Shown: positions 1 through 12,969 of the stretch, piece after piece
Numbering within the stretch: position 1 is the stretch's first letter
How the letters are laid out: each line of letters opens with the position of its first letter
Origin: Haliotis rubra
Taxonomy: Eukaryota
Reading direction: 5' to 3'
Length of the DNA stretch: 64,000 nt
Assembly (NCBI RefSeq): GCF_003918875.1
Contig: NW_025766980.1
Location: forward strand, 1,922,001-1,986,000
Made by a program: the position numbers and the translations under genes
Notes under the pieces: model-generated
What the model saw: the letters and a program-made list of their open reading frames with translations, nothing else
What the model was told of the DNA's origin: nothing
Databases searched by the model: none

Positions 1-653
1 GTGGCCTGATTGATAGAGCGTTTATCTGCCAAACGGAAGGTTGGTCATTCGATCCAAAAATAAATGTTCTTGGTTGATAACACGCCCTGCGGGGAGGAAA
101 AATGGAATGACTGGCTTGGGTTGAGTACACGGACTGATTGACAGCAGTTCGAGTCCCATGGGGTACTGGTACTGCTGTCAATCCCTCTTCAATGTGCTTC
201 GCCGGGTGGCCCTCGAGGACTTTAAGCTTTAAGACTGCTCTGTACTCAAGCTTATCCATAGTGACAGGATCAAGCTGTTATTTACTCACACAAGACACAA
301 AGTCAAGTTTCTATTCATGGACTTCTCCAACATATGTTTAGGAAACTTTTTTGCTAATAACCCATGCACACACATGGTACCACTCACCAGTGGTGTAAAA
401 TACATTAATTTATTTCAGACTTTTTATTATATCGATATTTATCGATAATCGATCAATATATAGTTAAACATTATCGATCTCTATGATTTATATCGATAGC
501 TAGTCCTAATGGACAGTGCTGATGTACTAACAGACAGATTTTCTTGATTTTAATTGATTTTCTTGTCGTATTTATCTTCATTTCGGTGTGATATAGATTG
601 AATATTTATTGAAGTATTTCTTGACATTAATTCATTGACCATTTCCTATGCAG

Positions 654-929
654 GGAGTCGTGTCTTCTTTATTGGAGGATCCAGACAAAACACGTCATCC
701 ATGGCCAATTCTCCTTCTGAGGACTTCGTGTGGACGGACTGTTCCCCCTTAGGTAGCAGCTTGTGGCGTGTGAACGAGCCCAACAGTCACAATTCCAGAA
801 TCGAAAACTGCGTGCATATGAATGATGAGAAGTTGAATGATATTTCATGTGCAATTAAGTACGGGTTTATTTGCGAAAAGACAGGCGAAACACAGCTTGT
901 GTCTGACGCTTACGATGGGAGCTGTCTTG
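654..929 (+). CDS. C-type lectin domain exon (C-terminal half of CTLD) of a lectin-mucin membrane protein; upstream exons not identified
   Basis: FFIGG..FVWTDCS..W...EPN....ENCV...LNDISC..KYGFICEK matches the CTLD consensus; acceptor tatgcag at 653, donor GTAAGA at 930 (phase 1). Confidence 0.85.
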
Positions 930-1061
930 GTAAGAACAACAACTCGTAATCTGAATAACACAACTCATAATCTAAAATAACGTAACCACTTCAAAAGTTT
1001 AAAGACAACATGATTCTGTCTTTGTGCATGTTAGAGATATTTTATAGATGATTTGATATTT

Positions 1062-1221
1062 GAGTGAGTTGGGTTTTACGCCGCTTTTAGCAACATTCCA
1101 GCAATATCACGGCGAGGGACACTAGAAATGGGCTTCACACATTGTACCCATGAAGGGCATGGAACCCGGGTCTTCGGCGTGACGAGCGAACGCTTTAACC
1201 CCTAGGCTACCCAATCGCCCC
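1062..1221 (-). mobile_element. Short tRNA-derived SINE (family A, ~160 bp, (ACTC)n tail)
   Basis: reverse complement of the copy at 55586-55745; Pol III A/B box head. Confidence 0.85.
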
Positions 1222-1657
1222 TACTTTACATGAAGCTTTATGTACTCGGAAAAGAGATTCTTTTAACCAGGTGTGATTTGTAAACGTTCACACTACACTA
1301 AAACTTCGAAGTCTAATTCGCTAAATCATAAAGATTTTTATTTTTTCCACAATCCGTTACTACGGAAACGTTGCAGTATACTTGTGTATATTCCCAGAAC
1401 TTAATCAGAATGATAAGCAAGACTGTTATCACAAACCGTTAGGCAACTGAAAGGACCACGAACTTTAACATTCTTTAAATATTCTAAGAATCGACAGACC
1501 CCTTTAACCCTGTTACATATTAGATGTTGGTTACCACGCATGCATAACCTTAGATGACTTTTCGCCCTCGCCACGTATCTATAACAATTCTGGATTAACC
1601 AGCGGCAAGTATTGCCTTGACAAATTATAATTTTTATATGAGTTCCTTAAATTTGTG

Positions 1658-2013
1658 GGACCGCCTCCGTGGTGTAGTGGTTAGAGCGTCCGCCCGGAGA
1701 GCGGAAGGTCGCGGGTTCGATCCCCGACCGCGTCATACCAAAAGACGTTGAAATATGGTACTTGTTGGTCCCTGCCTGGCGCTCGGCATTAATGGGTACA
1801 ACAAGGACTGGTCGGCTCGGAGTTAGTATAATGTGTCTGAGTGGGGTATTGATGCTTCACTGCGGCATGGTATCTCAGTGGGCTAGCACTATAAAACCAG
1901 CTTAAGTCTGGGCTAATGCAAGCAGCCGCACATACACATACACACGCATGCACGTCGTCATATGAGCGAAATATTCTCAAGCACGACGTAAAACCCAATT
2001 TCACCTCACCTCA
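1658..2013 (+). mobile_element. Full-length tRNA-derived SINE, MetaSINE-like
   Basis: A box GGTGTAGTGG, B box GGTTCGATCC, CATACCAAAAGACG..GGTACT..CCCTGCCTGGCGCTCGGCATTAA central domain, (TCACC)n tail, 13-bp TSD ccttaaatttgtg (1645-1657 / 2014-2026). Confidence 0.85.
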
Positions 2014-2041
2014 CCTTAAATTTGTGCCTCTGTCTTTCCAG

Positions 2042-2335
2042 ACCAAAGATCGAGATCATCCAGTTCTTACTCTGTGGATCTTCAACCATCATCTTTGTCG
2101 GGTGGTGATGGAAGTATTTCCGTATCTAGTGACGCTGGTATTACACCTCACCAAGGTGCCAGTTCTGTGACGGTTTCTACACCTCCCATACCTGTTACTG
2201 TATATGGGACCTTTTCCTCAACATCAGCAGATGCTGTGAGCCTGGTTTCCCCAGACACTGCCTCTTCAACACCGTCCACAATGATGGTTCCCGCTACACT
2301 AATACCAAAAGGTTCTGATTCCAGTGTGACTATCG
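2042..2335 (+). CDS. Ser/Thr-rich (mucin-like stalk) exon of the lectin gene
   Basis: acceptor tctttccag at 2041, donor GTAAAC at 2336; phase 1-1 joins in frame with both neighbouring exons; S/T/P-rich. Confidence 0.75.
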
Positions 2336-2580
2336 GTAAACCACATTCATTATTCCTATGCTCAGTTTTAATAAAGTTAAAGATAAATCTTTTTCAAACA
2401 ATTTCAAAATAAGAAATATATTTAATGTATATTTGAATAGCCATATGATACAAGAAAAAAAACACATTTCAGCCATAAGAAAAGTACCCAGACTGTTATA
2501 GCTTCCATGTGTGAGGTTGTAGTCTGAAATACATCCATACATTGTATGTGAATATACAAGAGTTGTTCTATTTGGAACAG

Positions 2581-3266
2581 GAACTGGTTCTATCCCGGTG
2601 TCTCCTTCTGATCTCGCCACCAGCAGTACCACTTCTGCTGTTGCTGCTACTGCTTCTACAACTACTATAGCAGCTGGTCACACCATTCTTACGACAGCAC
2701 CTGGTCTCACTCCAGTTTCGGCAGCAGCTGGCCTTGCCCCTCTTACGACGACAGCTGGTCTCACACATTCACCTACAACACCATCTGGCAACACAACTAC
2801 TGCCATGGCACCTGGTTTCTTACCTACTACCACAAGCACCTCTGCTGCTCTGCCTACCACATCGATAACGTCAACTTCGGCGTCTCCTGACGTGACTCCC
2901 CCAGGTGAGTGGAACATCAGCTCCTGGGACAAGGACTGGGTTTTAAACTTTGGACCTTGGAAGTCTGACGGAGTGTCGGGCAGATGGAAGAGACTGGTTT
3001 GTCGGTGTGCCTGCGTTCCGAAACGTCTTAAGACTTTGTCTCCATCCGGTGTTGAAGCGGTGAAGGAAACTATAGAGAGGAAACTTTTACTGGACAACAA
3101 GAACCTAACAAAGAAAGCGGCAAAATACAGCAGTGCGAAGGATGACAGGATATCGGCACGTGGCATGGGATACAGCGTCATATGCTTGATAAGCGTGCCC
3201 ATCACCCTCATTGTCCTCGCCGACGTCCTCACGTGCCTCTGTTCGGTGCATAAAAATAGAAAATGA
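2581..3266 (+). CDS. Terminal exon: Thr-rich stalk, CxCxC motif, SAKDDRISA juxtamembrane motif, transmembrane helix, short basic tail
   Basis: acceptor ggaacag at 2580 in phase 1; ORF 2598-3266 with hydrophobic VICLISVPITLIVLA segment; TGA at 3264-3266. Confidence 0.8.
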
Positions 3267-3399
3267 CCTGCTCGCGAGGTCGACATCATCAACGAGTGTT
3301 GAATTGGGATTTTAAGATGTATTTTTATGTATTATATACGTTTTGTAAATCATCAACAGATCATAATAACTTGTTCAAATCTGACACACGTCTTGTTGT

Positions 3400-3770
3400 G
3401 GAGCGCAGTAGTGCAGTGGTAAGGCGTCTGCCTATCACGCTGAAGGCCCGGGTTCGATCCCCGGTGGAGGCATCTAGGTTCGGGTCCCGAGGTGGGCACA
3501 TTTGCGTAGTATCCTTGGACAAGATACTTGGATCCACATTGTCTCAGTTCACCCAGCTGTAAAATGGGTACCCGTGAGGATGTGCTGGCAATGTGAATGT
3601 TAAGTTCATTGCGCCTAACAGGCAGCATGGCTGTATGCTCCCCATGGAGTTGAAAAAGTATCGGAAAGTACGATAGTGTCCTATGACCGGGGATAGTAAT
3701 GTACGTAGCGCCGTGAGCAGGCAATGTGCCTGGATATGAGCGCCATATAAGCGGACTATTGCTATTATTA
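3400..3770 (+). mobile_element. tRNA-derived CORE-SINE-like element just 3' of the lectin stop codon
   Basis: A/B boxes; TCCTTGGACAAGATACTT...GTCTCAGTTCACCCAGCTGTAAAATGGG resembles the MIR/CORE domain; (TAT)n tail. Confidence 0.75.
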
Positions 3771-3977
3771 CACAAGTCATTGTCACTGACCGAGGTTCAC
3801 TACGACACACAGGAAACAATCGAATGTCAAGGTGAAGGTCATCTGTCCATCACTGTCTATAGCCTCTGTGAGAGTCCAGAACTGTCTCCTCATAGAACCA
3901 GTGAGATTATGAATTGTGGCCTAGGGGATCCTCACCCACTCTTCCTGCAGTCTTGTACCTTTGGAGATCCTGTGGCT

Positions 3978-4885
3978 TGGGGTACTGGGGACCTACTTAC
4001 CAACGTATCATCATCGTCAGACAAACAGGGGGTACTGGGGATCTACTCTAATAACGTATTATCATCGTCAGACAAACATTGGGTACTGGGGACCTACTCT
4101 ACCAACGTATCCTCATTATCAGGCAAACAGTGGGTACTGGGGACCTACTCTACCAACGTATCCTCATCAGACAAACAGTGGGTACTGGGGACCTACTCTA
4201 ATGGGTACTTGGGGACCTACTCTAATAACGTATTATCATCGTCAGACAAACATTGGGTACTGGGGACCTACTCTACCAACGTATCCTCATTGTCAGGCAA
4301 ACAGTGGGTACTGGGGACCTACTCTACCAACGTATCCTCATTGTCAGGCAAACAGTGGGTACTGGGGATCTACTCTACCAACGTATCATCATCGTCAGAC
4401 AAACAGTGGGTACTGGGGACCTACTCTACCAACGTATCCTCATTGTCAGGCAAACAGTGGGTACTGGGGACCTACTCTACCAACGTATCCTCATTATCAG
4501 GCAAACAGGGGTACTGGGGACCTACTCTACCAACGTATCCTCATTATCAGGCAAACAGTGGGTACTGGGGACCTACTCTACCAACGTATCCTCATTGTCA
4601 GGCAAACAGTGGGTACTGGGGACCTACTCTACCAACGTATCCTCATTGTCAGGCAAACAGTGGGTACTGGGGACCTACTCTACCAACGTATCCTCATTAT
4701 CAGGCAAACAGTGGGTACTGGGGACCTACTCTACCAACGTATCCTCATTATCAGGCAAACAGTGGGTACTGGGGACCTACTCTACCAACGTATCCTCATT
4801 ATCAGGCAAACAAACAGTGGGTACTGGGGACCTACTCTACCCAAGATTTGTCATCGTCAGACAAACATTGGCCTACTTGGGACCA
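3978..4885. repeat. 51-bp minisatellite (~17 copies)
   Basis: unit gggtactggggacctactctaccaacgtatcctcattatcaggcaaacagt; gives 17-aa repeats in the ORF track. Confidence 0.95.
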
Positions 4886-5499
4886 CTCTGCCCATGAATG
4901 CTCATCGTCAGCACTAGACAAACCTACTCTGCCCAACATAAAACAAAAATGAAGCAAAATCGACCTAATCTGTCCTGGTCTCTTATTGAGTTTATCAGCT
5001 TGAACTTGACATTTAAGGATTCTTTGAAAGTTGAAAAAAGAACCCCTCAGTTGTACCGTTGGTGGCGCCACCATTTGTTTTCGATATTCTTAAATACAGT
5101 GTAGGTATTTGGAGGTACATTGTTGGTGATTGATAATGTGCTTAACATACATTTATGATTAATTGCATATACTGTACTTCCCTTTACAATGCTACCCTTT
5201 GTACGTTTGCAAACATGGCATTTTGATCTAGCTGGCATTATCACCAGTGGTATTATAACCCGGATGTACTGTAGATAAGCCGCCATTGTGCTAACGCGTC
5301 GACCCGAAGCCTCCATGGTCACATTCACGTATACTGCTGGTAAGACTGGGGGATGCTCGTAGCTTACAATCAACAACATCCTCATAGGGTCAGTTTGAAG
5401 GACAGGCATGGTGAACTGGGGACATATTCTACACAGGATTTCCCCTCAAGCACCAGCCTTTGAAAGATTTGCTTCGCGTTCTTGCGGGGTAGGTTAAAG

Positions 5500-5879
5500 G
5501 GTTTACTCCCAAAAGTTAGACGTCCCAAAAGTCATACATCCCAATTGTCAGACAAATCAATTAGGCGTGACTGCGATTTCAACTTAGTCTTACCCACTGA
5601 TATAATGAACCTGTCCCATACACTAACGAGATGGTTTTCACATTTGTACAGAAGTACTTTGATCAGAATACTAATGTTGACTGGCTTACTCAGTCACTGG
5701 GTTCTCCAAATGTGTTTTCACAATGTTCAATTGTCATTATCCATAATCTCTTCCCTTTGTGTTTGGATTAGTACATTTGGACTAGTGTAACAGTGCAGTG
5801 AACCTCAGTGCAACCAACCATAACCTTGGTTGTTTTAACGCGTCTAACTTTAGGGACGTCTTACTTTTGGGAGGACACC
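5500..5879. mobile_element. MITE with ~33-bp imperfect TIRs and 8-bp TSD
   Basis: ggtttactcccaaaagttagacgtccc... versus ...gggacgtcttacttttgggaggacacc; TSD ggttaaag at 5492-5499 and 5880-5887. Confidence 0.8.
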
Positions 5880-6029
5880 GGTTAAAGCTTAATACTTTTA
5901 AAAGTTTATGTAATATTACGAGTGGGTGTCTCTAATGCCGCAGTCAACAATATTCCAGCTATATTGTGGCTATTTACAACCTACTGAGATGCAACAGGGA
6001 ATGGGATGTTGTATTCCAGACTAGGTTGG

Positions 6030-6215
6030 TTGGTCGGTTTGTTGTTTAACGCCGCACTCAGCAATATTAAAGCTATATGGCGGCGGTCTACGCAACTGGG
6101 ATACAATGACATGTGTCAACCAAGTCAGCAAGCCTGACCACCCGATCCTGTGGTTCGCCTGTTACTGCAAGCATTCGTTGCTGAAGACTAATTATGACCC
6201 GGATATTCACGGGTC
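6030..6215 (-). mobile_element. V-domain-like SINE copy (family B), internally deleted
   Basis: reverse complement of the copies at 55117-55345 and 57290-57515. Confidence 0.75.
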
Positions 6216-7663
6216 CCCCCAGCTAGGAGTTAGTATATTGTATGATATATGTTCAGTTGGATAACAGGATGTTAACAATCCACCGCCTAGGAATGTTTAC
6301 TGAGTAGAAACTCAAACGAACTTCTGTCCTTTCTTCATTGATGTTCAGACTTTTATCAAATTTAAAATAAACAAAATATGTAACATTTATTATCATTATT
6401 ATTACATTGCAAGTTGAAGACAAACATTTACATGTATGTATTTGTTTCTTTGGGTAGCATTTTAGAAGTGAAGTGCAATGGTAGCTTTTTATGGATAACA
6501 ATTTCTTTTATTTGGTATGCGCGACGTTTCGACAGAGATTTATGTACCCTTGTCAAGCAGACATGTAACTCGAGAGAGAGGATGTATATACTTAGAACAA
6601 ACCGAAATATGAGTCTCATTAACCTATTCAGACAATGACCTACTTTTCAGCCTATCCGAATTTTCTCGTGTGAAAGTGAAAAGACACACCACAAGCAACT
6701 ATGGTTACACTGAATTCCAATTCCTTGTTTCATAAGAAAATGGTATTTACAAGTAATTTTTAATGTTAAACTTTAATAACATCGTATTTCTATATTTTAT
6801 GTCGAGGTTTAGGCAGCATGACCTTAACTAAGACGTCACAGACTGCCCCTGTTTGATGAGGTCGTAAAATGATTCACAATTCACAACTCACTGGTTACAC
6901 CTGTTATGTGTTTTTTTTGCGCTTATTCAATGCGGTTTTGTAATGCACAATGTGATTGATATAATATCAAGTCCGTACCAGACCGCCAAACTTTTCTAGC
7001 GGCAGAGCCTCGTTTTGAGATTTCCACGATTTCCGTTTATCAGTGCACGCTGTACGACAGAGCACGCTGCACGACGTGTTTGCAAGGATTAGAAGGAGCC
7101 TAGTGTTGCAATATACTAGTGCTCAGATGTATCAAATAATGGTGATTAATATTTATGTATCCAGTTGAATGAATTGGTCTCAAAATTATGGACTGGTTAT
7201 TGCACGAAGTTGCGTAATAAGAATAAACCCAGTCAGCAGGAAACGAGACTGTTGTGTAATCAATGTATTGACTTGATAACAAATATAGGCGAGATTTTTG
7301 TCGGATGTAACCTTTTCATTTGAGGATATGAATCTTACCTGATAAAAGAGTAAGAATATACTCTGATACGTCATGTTCTTCAAATACACAAATTGACATC
7401 CAAACAAATCTGGCCTTTGTGTGTACCACATCTAAATGCCGCTTAAAGACTCAATAATTAAAATAATTAACTAGAAAATGTGTATACTGAAGCCAGAGAA
7501 ATGTGAAAGGGATTAGAAGTGGATTCCAGAGATGTACCAAATCAAGAGGACAGATAGAAAAGAGACGTTTGAGAAGTGCGCCATACTGAGAAGTAATATC
7601 CTTGATATCGGTTGATGGGCTTTTGACCTCAGATATGAATAGCTGTGTCGCACCTACGAAATC

Positions 7664-7792
7664 TACTGGACAAAAATAGTTAGGGATATATGTACATTTT
7701 GAAATTATGAATAATGATCTATTTATTCATTGACACACTGATAAAATATAAATCATAAAAATACCAATATCCCTAACTTATTTTGTCCAGTA
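7664..7792. mobile_element. Small MITE, Tc1/mariner-like
   Basis: TIRs tactggacaaaaatagttagggatat / atatccctaacttattttgtccagta. Confidence 0.7.
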
Positions 7793-8407
7793 TATAAGAA
7801 GTTATTGTCCATAAATTTTGTAGTGACTGATGTGCTACATATACACAGCGTTCTGGGGGGATCTACAGAGTACCATAACCCTGCATGTGAGGCTTTCCGA
7901 TATATTCTGGCCCAGGGGAGCTGGGGAATCTTCTGGTGTCTTTTTCTTGTGTATAAGGGGAGCTAACTATTCCCTATCATCTCACATTACATTATGCCTA
8001 CTTATTTTTGTGATAGTTCAACTTTAATTGATGTGTTGGGCGCAATAGACCCTACTTCCGGTCCCAGTCGCCCTAAACCTATACCACCACCACCTCACAT
8101 TACATCTCAAGTCACAAGTATATAAGTATTATTAGTACATATTCAGGCTAGGCCTATTTTGGAAACTTGTTGAAGTGAGGTGAATATTACCACCTCTTGT
8201 CTTTTAATGGCTAAAATCACTGCTACTGTCTTTGAATTTGTATTGCCACTGTAATACCTTCGTATTAAATTGTACACATAGTTAATTTTATAGAATACAA
8301 TTTTTAATTACGACCAATCACTTTGTTGTTTGTTGGTTTGACACCCAGTCCTCCTAAGGACTAATTCCCGGTTAACTTCCAGTTTCAACTTGGGAATCAA
8401 CACGTTG

Positions 8408-8575
8408 GTTTGGTTTGCTGTTTAACGCTGCATCCAGCAATATTCCAGCAATATGGCGGCGGTCTAGATATAATCGAGTCTGGATCAGACTATCCAGTGA
8501 TCAACAGCATGAGCATCTAACTACGAAATTGGGATACGATGACACGTGCCTGACCAACCGATCCCGTTAGTCGCT
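8408..8575 (-). mobile_element. Family B SINE fragment
   Basis: matches the 3' part of the family B copies. Confidence 0.7.
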
Positions 8576-9077
8576 AACTTATTTACACCCATTTCGCAAT
8601 TCATACACCTTTTCATTCATGTGTCCTTTTGATGTTATTCTTTATGCATTGGGGGGCTGTTGCATTTAATTAATGCAATTTGAGATGAGTGTTTTTGTTG
8701 GTACAGCACAAATTTGTTTATTGCTGCAGAAGTCAAGTACATTGGAGCCTTTCTCGCGTTTATTTTGTGTTGACTGTCTGGATAGTGTGAGGAAGGTAGC
8801 CGTTCAGATTGACGAGGTTTCGATCTACGCACGGTCTCCTTGTGACCAGATATTGGCACAGTTTTCTGGTACCGTATCATTCTTTTTAATCATATGTTTA
8901 GTCATATGTAGCAACGTTTATTTATTTATTTATTTATTTTCAAAATTGTATTGAAACTAATATATTTATATAGCCAAAATACTCCCGAGAGATGTTATTT
9001 CCGATATGCAAGACAAAATCATTTTTGGGAAGTTGGTCTGCAAGAAGTGATTTTTTCTGGGCTTCTATTTACTTGAA

Positions 9078-9378
9078 TTCCCCGGCCGCGTCATACCAAA
9101 AGACGTTAAAATATGGTACTTGTTGGTCCCTGCCTGGCGCTCGGCATTAATGGGTACAACAAGGACTGGTATAATGGTATACAAGTTAGTATAATGTGTC
9201 TGAGTGGGGTATTCGTGCTTCACTGCGGCATGGTATCTCAGTGGGCTAGCACTATAAAACCAGCTTCAGTCTGGGCTAGTACAAGCAGCCGCACATACAC
9301 ATACACGCGCATGCACGTCGTCATATGAGCGAAATATTCCCAAGCACGACGTTAAACCCAATTTCACCTCACCTCACC
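9078..9378 (+). mobile_element. 5'-truncated MetaSINE-like copy
   Basis: near identical to 1721-2013; 14-bp TSD tctatttacttgaa (9064-9077 / 9379-9392). Confidence 0.85.
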
Positions 9379-9599
9379 TCTATTTACTTGAAAGAGCGCT
9401 CATCAAATTAGGAGCAGCATAGACACCGATTTTACGTACGCTTCTAAAGGTAAAATGTCTTTTTGCCGAGGTGTTTATATCGCGTAAATTGGACAATCAC
9501 GTACATATCGTAAAACCAGGCATTGAACATTCGAACACATGTTAAACACTTCCAACTCTTTCAAACAAAAATGTTTGCGCACAGATGTTATCAACCATT

Positions 9600-9707
9600 T
9601 TATGGCATTATTTCCACTTCCGTCTGCTATACGCATGCGCGTTCAAACATCAACAAAGTCACATTTTGCCAGTTGACGTGGCTGGAACAAATATTGAAAA
9701 GAATCTG
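9600..9707 (+). promoter_or_regulatory. Candidate promoter / non-coding first exon of the FAM114A2-like gene
   Basis: CACTTCCG (Ets-like) and ACGCATGCGC (NRF1-like) motifs followed by a strong donor CTG|GTGAGT at 9708; the ATG exon at 12951 begins with an acceptor and so needs an upstream exon. Confidence 0.4.
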
Positions 9708-11199
9708 GTGAGTTTTAGGAGGCAGGGTGGTCATATTTGTCTGACAGTTTCATTGTTACAAGTTCTGCATGTTAATGTTCGTGAAACACAACAGGGAAGT
9801 TCAATAATTACCTGCAAGTGCTCGTCCACATATCTAAAAATAGAAATTAGTTTGTTGTGTATGTCCAGCGTTCGCAATACCCATGATGTCACCGTGCCAA
9901 ACGCAACTGCAGATTTAGTCTTTCCTTTTCGCTGGCTGAAAGGAAGTATCGTAGTGAAACACCCCTGAAATTCTGCTGCTTATAGTTTTTGGTGATGACA
10001 GTGTTGTGGTTGTAATGACTTATGTGTCGTTGTTGTGTACGATAGGACTGTGTATCATCAGAGTCAGAGACCAGAGGTCCACATAATAGATTATATGGTC
10101 TCTGGTATCCAATACCCCTAAAACTAGTGATTGTGTCGTGGGGCTTACATTACTGCATTGTGGTATAGTTTCATCAGTGGACTATGATCTAAAGGATGAT
10201 AATACTGATATGCTAAATGGTTTTGTATCCAAATAAGACTACACATGACAGCAACATTAATGCCTCCATTTACATGTTAACAGCTTTCAGTTCATGACAG
10301 CTTTGTTGAAATTATTAATATCATTTAGGTTTATGCTTCTCTGCTGCTTGACAGTGGTACATAAATCTGTAATGAAATGTCATACAATATAAAAGAAGTT
10401 GTTTTCTAAGATGCTTCGGTGAAAGATCAAAGTCGTTGACATTACTTTATCAGACGATAATGTGCACTTTTTGCATTACATCACAATGTATTGGAGTCAC
10501 TGCGCCATTCTAGTCTGCCCCCTCGAAATCGAACACTTTTGCATTACGTCACAATGTAACCGACGTCACGATGTATGTCAGTTGTCATCGCCTCGTACAG
10601 CCTCATACAGTAACCTACCCCGTTGCATCCCGTTTCTTGGTTTGCAGTTGCTTCACTCAGCTAATATCACTAGTGGAAACATTACGTTTATGTTTTCCGA
10701 TGGATAAAATGTCTCAGTTTGACCCACAATTTTACAGCGACACGGTAACGTTCGCAATGTTTACATTCCCACAATGCAATCGTGGAATGTCGCATGACTG
10801 GTCAGCTTCATTTGGATGTAGTGATCTAAACATATGTTGGTAGTACAAATGCGACGTTCATATTGCCCCATATGGTTTACGTTAAGCACAGATCTGGTTA
10901 AAATAACTTAGAGAAGATATTTAACCCGAACGTAAACCTTCATCAAACTGTTTATCATTTGGTTTTCTGGTAACGTTCGTCTTAACGTAGGGTGGCAGAC
11001 AAGTCAATAGAACAGTGCGTCAGTTAGCCCTGTGCAGGGTTCTTAATTGAGGTCACCGACACTGTCGTTTGTTTTCTGCCTTAGATTAATCGTAATTTTC
11101 CTTAGAAGGTCTTAAATTTGGCATCTTAGGAAAGAAATACAGTTCGCTCTACCATCATGTATAGTGTAATAAAGCACACTTTCGCCCTGAACTATTATA

Positions 11200-11860
11200 A
11201 CGTTAAAGCACTCGGACGCAAGCATATGATGATGTTACATCACTGCCGGGCATGGTTACAATGGTGCAGATGACACCTCAGACATCCCCTGTTTTGGTGT
11301 GATGTTTACAGATGAGTCTTGTTTGCACCTGTCCTCATCAGATATGCGCCAACAGGTGTATCGACATGCAAATGAACGCTACGCAGAGGCATGTGTAATG
11401 GAGAGAAATTGCTATGTGGCAGATCTGTTATGGTATGGGGAGGCATCACTGCTCGTAACAGAACGCAATTGGTGATTGTGAACGGCAATTTGAATGCTAT
11501 GCGGTACCGTGAATGAGATTGTCGCACCCGTTGTCATTCCCTTTGTTCAACGTCATGGCCCTGGGATCGTTTTTCAGCAAGACAACTCACATACAGCCCG
11601 TGTTGTCCAACCATTTCTCCAACAACAACAACTTAATGTGTTTCCCTGGCCTGCAGTATCACCAGATCTTTCGCCAATTGAGCATGTTTGGGATGACATT
11701 GATCGCCACCTTCGATGTCTGCCAAATCCCCTGTAAAGCTTCATGTTCTCCAAGTAGCGCTTGTCCACATATGGAATAACATTCCCCAGGTCTTTCACGC
11801 TCGACTAATCTCATCCATGAGGCATCGTTGTACAGCTGTGGTTCAGGCCAACACGTTATT
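11200..11860 (+). pseudogene. Degenerate Tc1-family transposase (DDE region)
   Basis: MFTDES, SVMVWGGI, FQQDN, WPAVSPDLSPIEHVW motifs, broken by frameshifts and stops. Confidence 0.9.
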
Positions 11861-12969
11861 GAAGTTGTGACTTTCTGTTTTTACCCTTTCAACTTGTGGA
11901 CGTACCCTATGGTACAATAAAAACATTTCACATCGTTCATGTGTGCAGACAAATGCATTTTGTTTTATGCAATACCATTGCCTTTCGATGAATGTGTTTG
12001 CCATTTATCAATGCAATGCACAGTTTCTTTTGGGGTTATATATATGGTCTCTGGTGTAAAGAACATTATGATGTTATTGTTATTATTTTCATATCCCAGT
12101 TTAAATACTGTAATAATCGAAGTCTGGACACAGACTTTCCATTGATCAACAAATGTTTTCTTTTTTGTAATTCAAACCGAAAACGTCAAAACTGTAATGC
12201 CATAAAACTGACCAAAATCCGTTAATCCCTGACTAAGCAACCATAATTTTTTAGATGCAAGCACATGGGTTATGAAGACCATTCTACATGTATCTTTAAC
12301 GGACTCCATCTAGAAAAAAGGATTGAAAGAACATTATGACGCTTTTGTTATTATTTTCATGGTTTAAATTACAATCTACACAGACTTTCATTCACAACAA
12401 ATGTTTTCTTTTGTAATTCAATGACAAAACGTCAAAACTGTAATACTATAAGTTGTATAAAAACGAAAATAGAATCCCTGACTATGCAACCTAAGTTTGA
12501 GATGGCTGTTATCAGAACCATAACATATATGTTTAGGTACTTACCATGTAGAAAATAGGATAGACATGTACGATTAGTGGCACTTACTGTCAAACACTTC
12601 AGCTCCCAATATATCGCAATATACATATCATAATATATTGCAATACAATATATTTGCCAATAGACAGCCCTAGAGAGCATAAATTAGGGCTATAGCATTA
12701 CAGTTAGAAATATGGTTGAGGAACTGTGTGAATGAATATATGGTGTGCATGCATGATTTATTTTTATTGTAAGAGGCAACAGACACAATGACATGTTGCA
12801 TGGTGATTTTTTTATATTCATGTCATTTGAGTTTGAAGGTGGTGGGTTAGTGGTGTGTAATGTTAGTGTGGTTTATGTACAACACGTTACTGATATGTGG
12901 AATCTGTGTTTGAGTCTTGGCATGACAGTGTCTTTATTTGATATATTCAGGTTGTGTTAGTGAGGCGCC

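Noticed and set aside
1661-1730. tRNA-like sequences here and at ~3400, 55586 and 62129
   Set aside because: They are SINE heads continuing into SINE bodies, mostly with tails and TSDs, not tRNA genes
2678-3292. 204-aa minus-strand ORF
   Set aside because: Antisense shadow of the lectin terminal exon
5047-5460. Possible decayed retroelement coding fragment
   Set aside because: No motif could be recognised with confidence
12055-12500. Two diverged ~200-bp direct repeats
   Set aside because: Old local duplication in intronic sequence with no termini or coding signal
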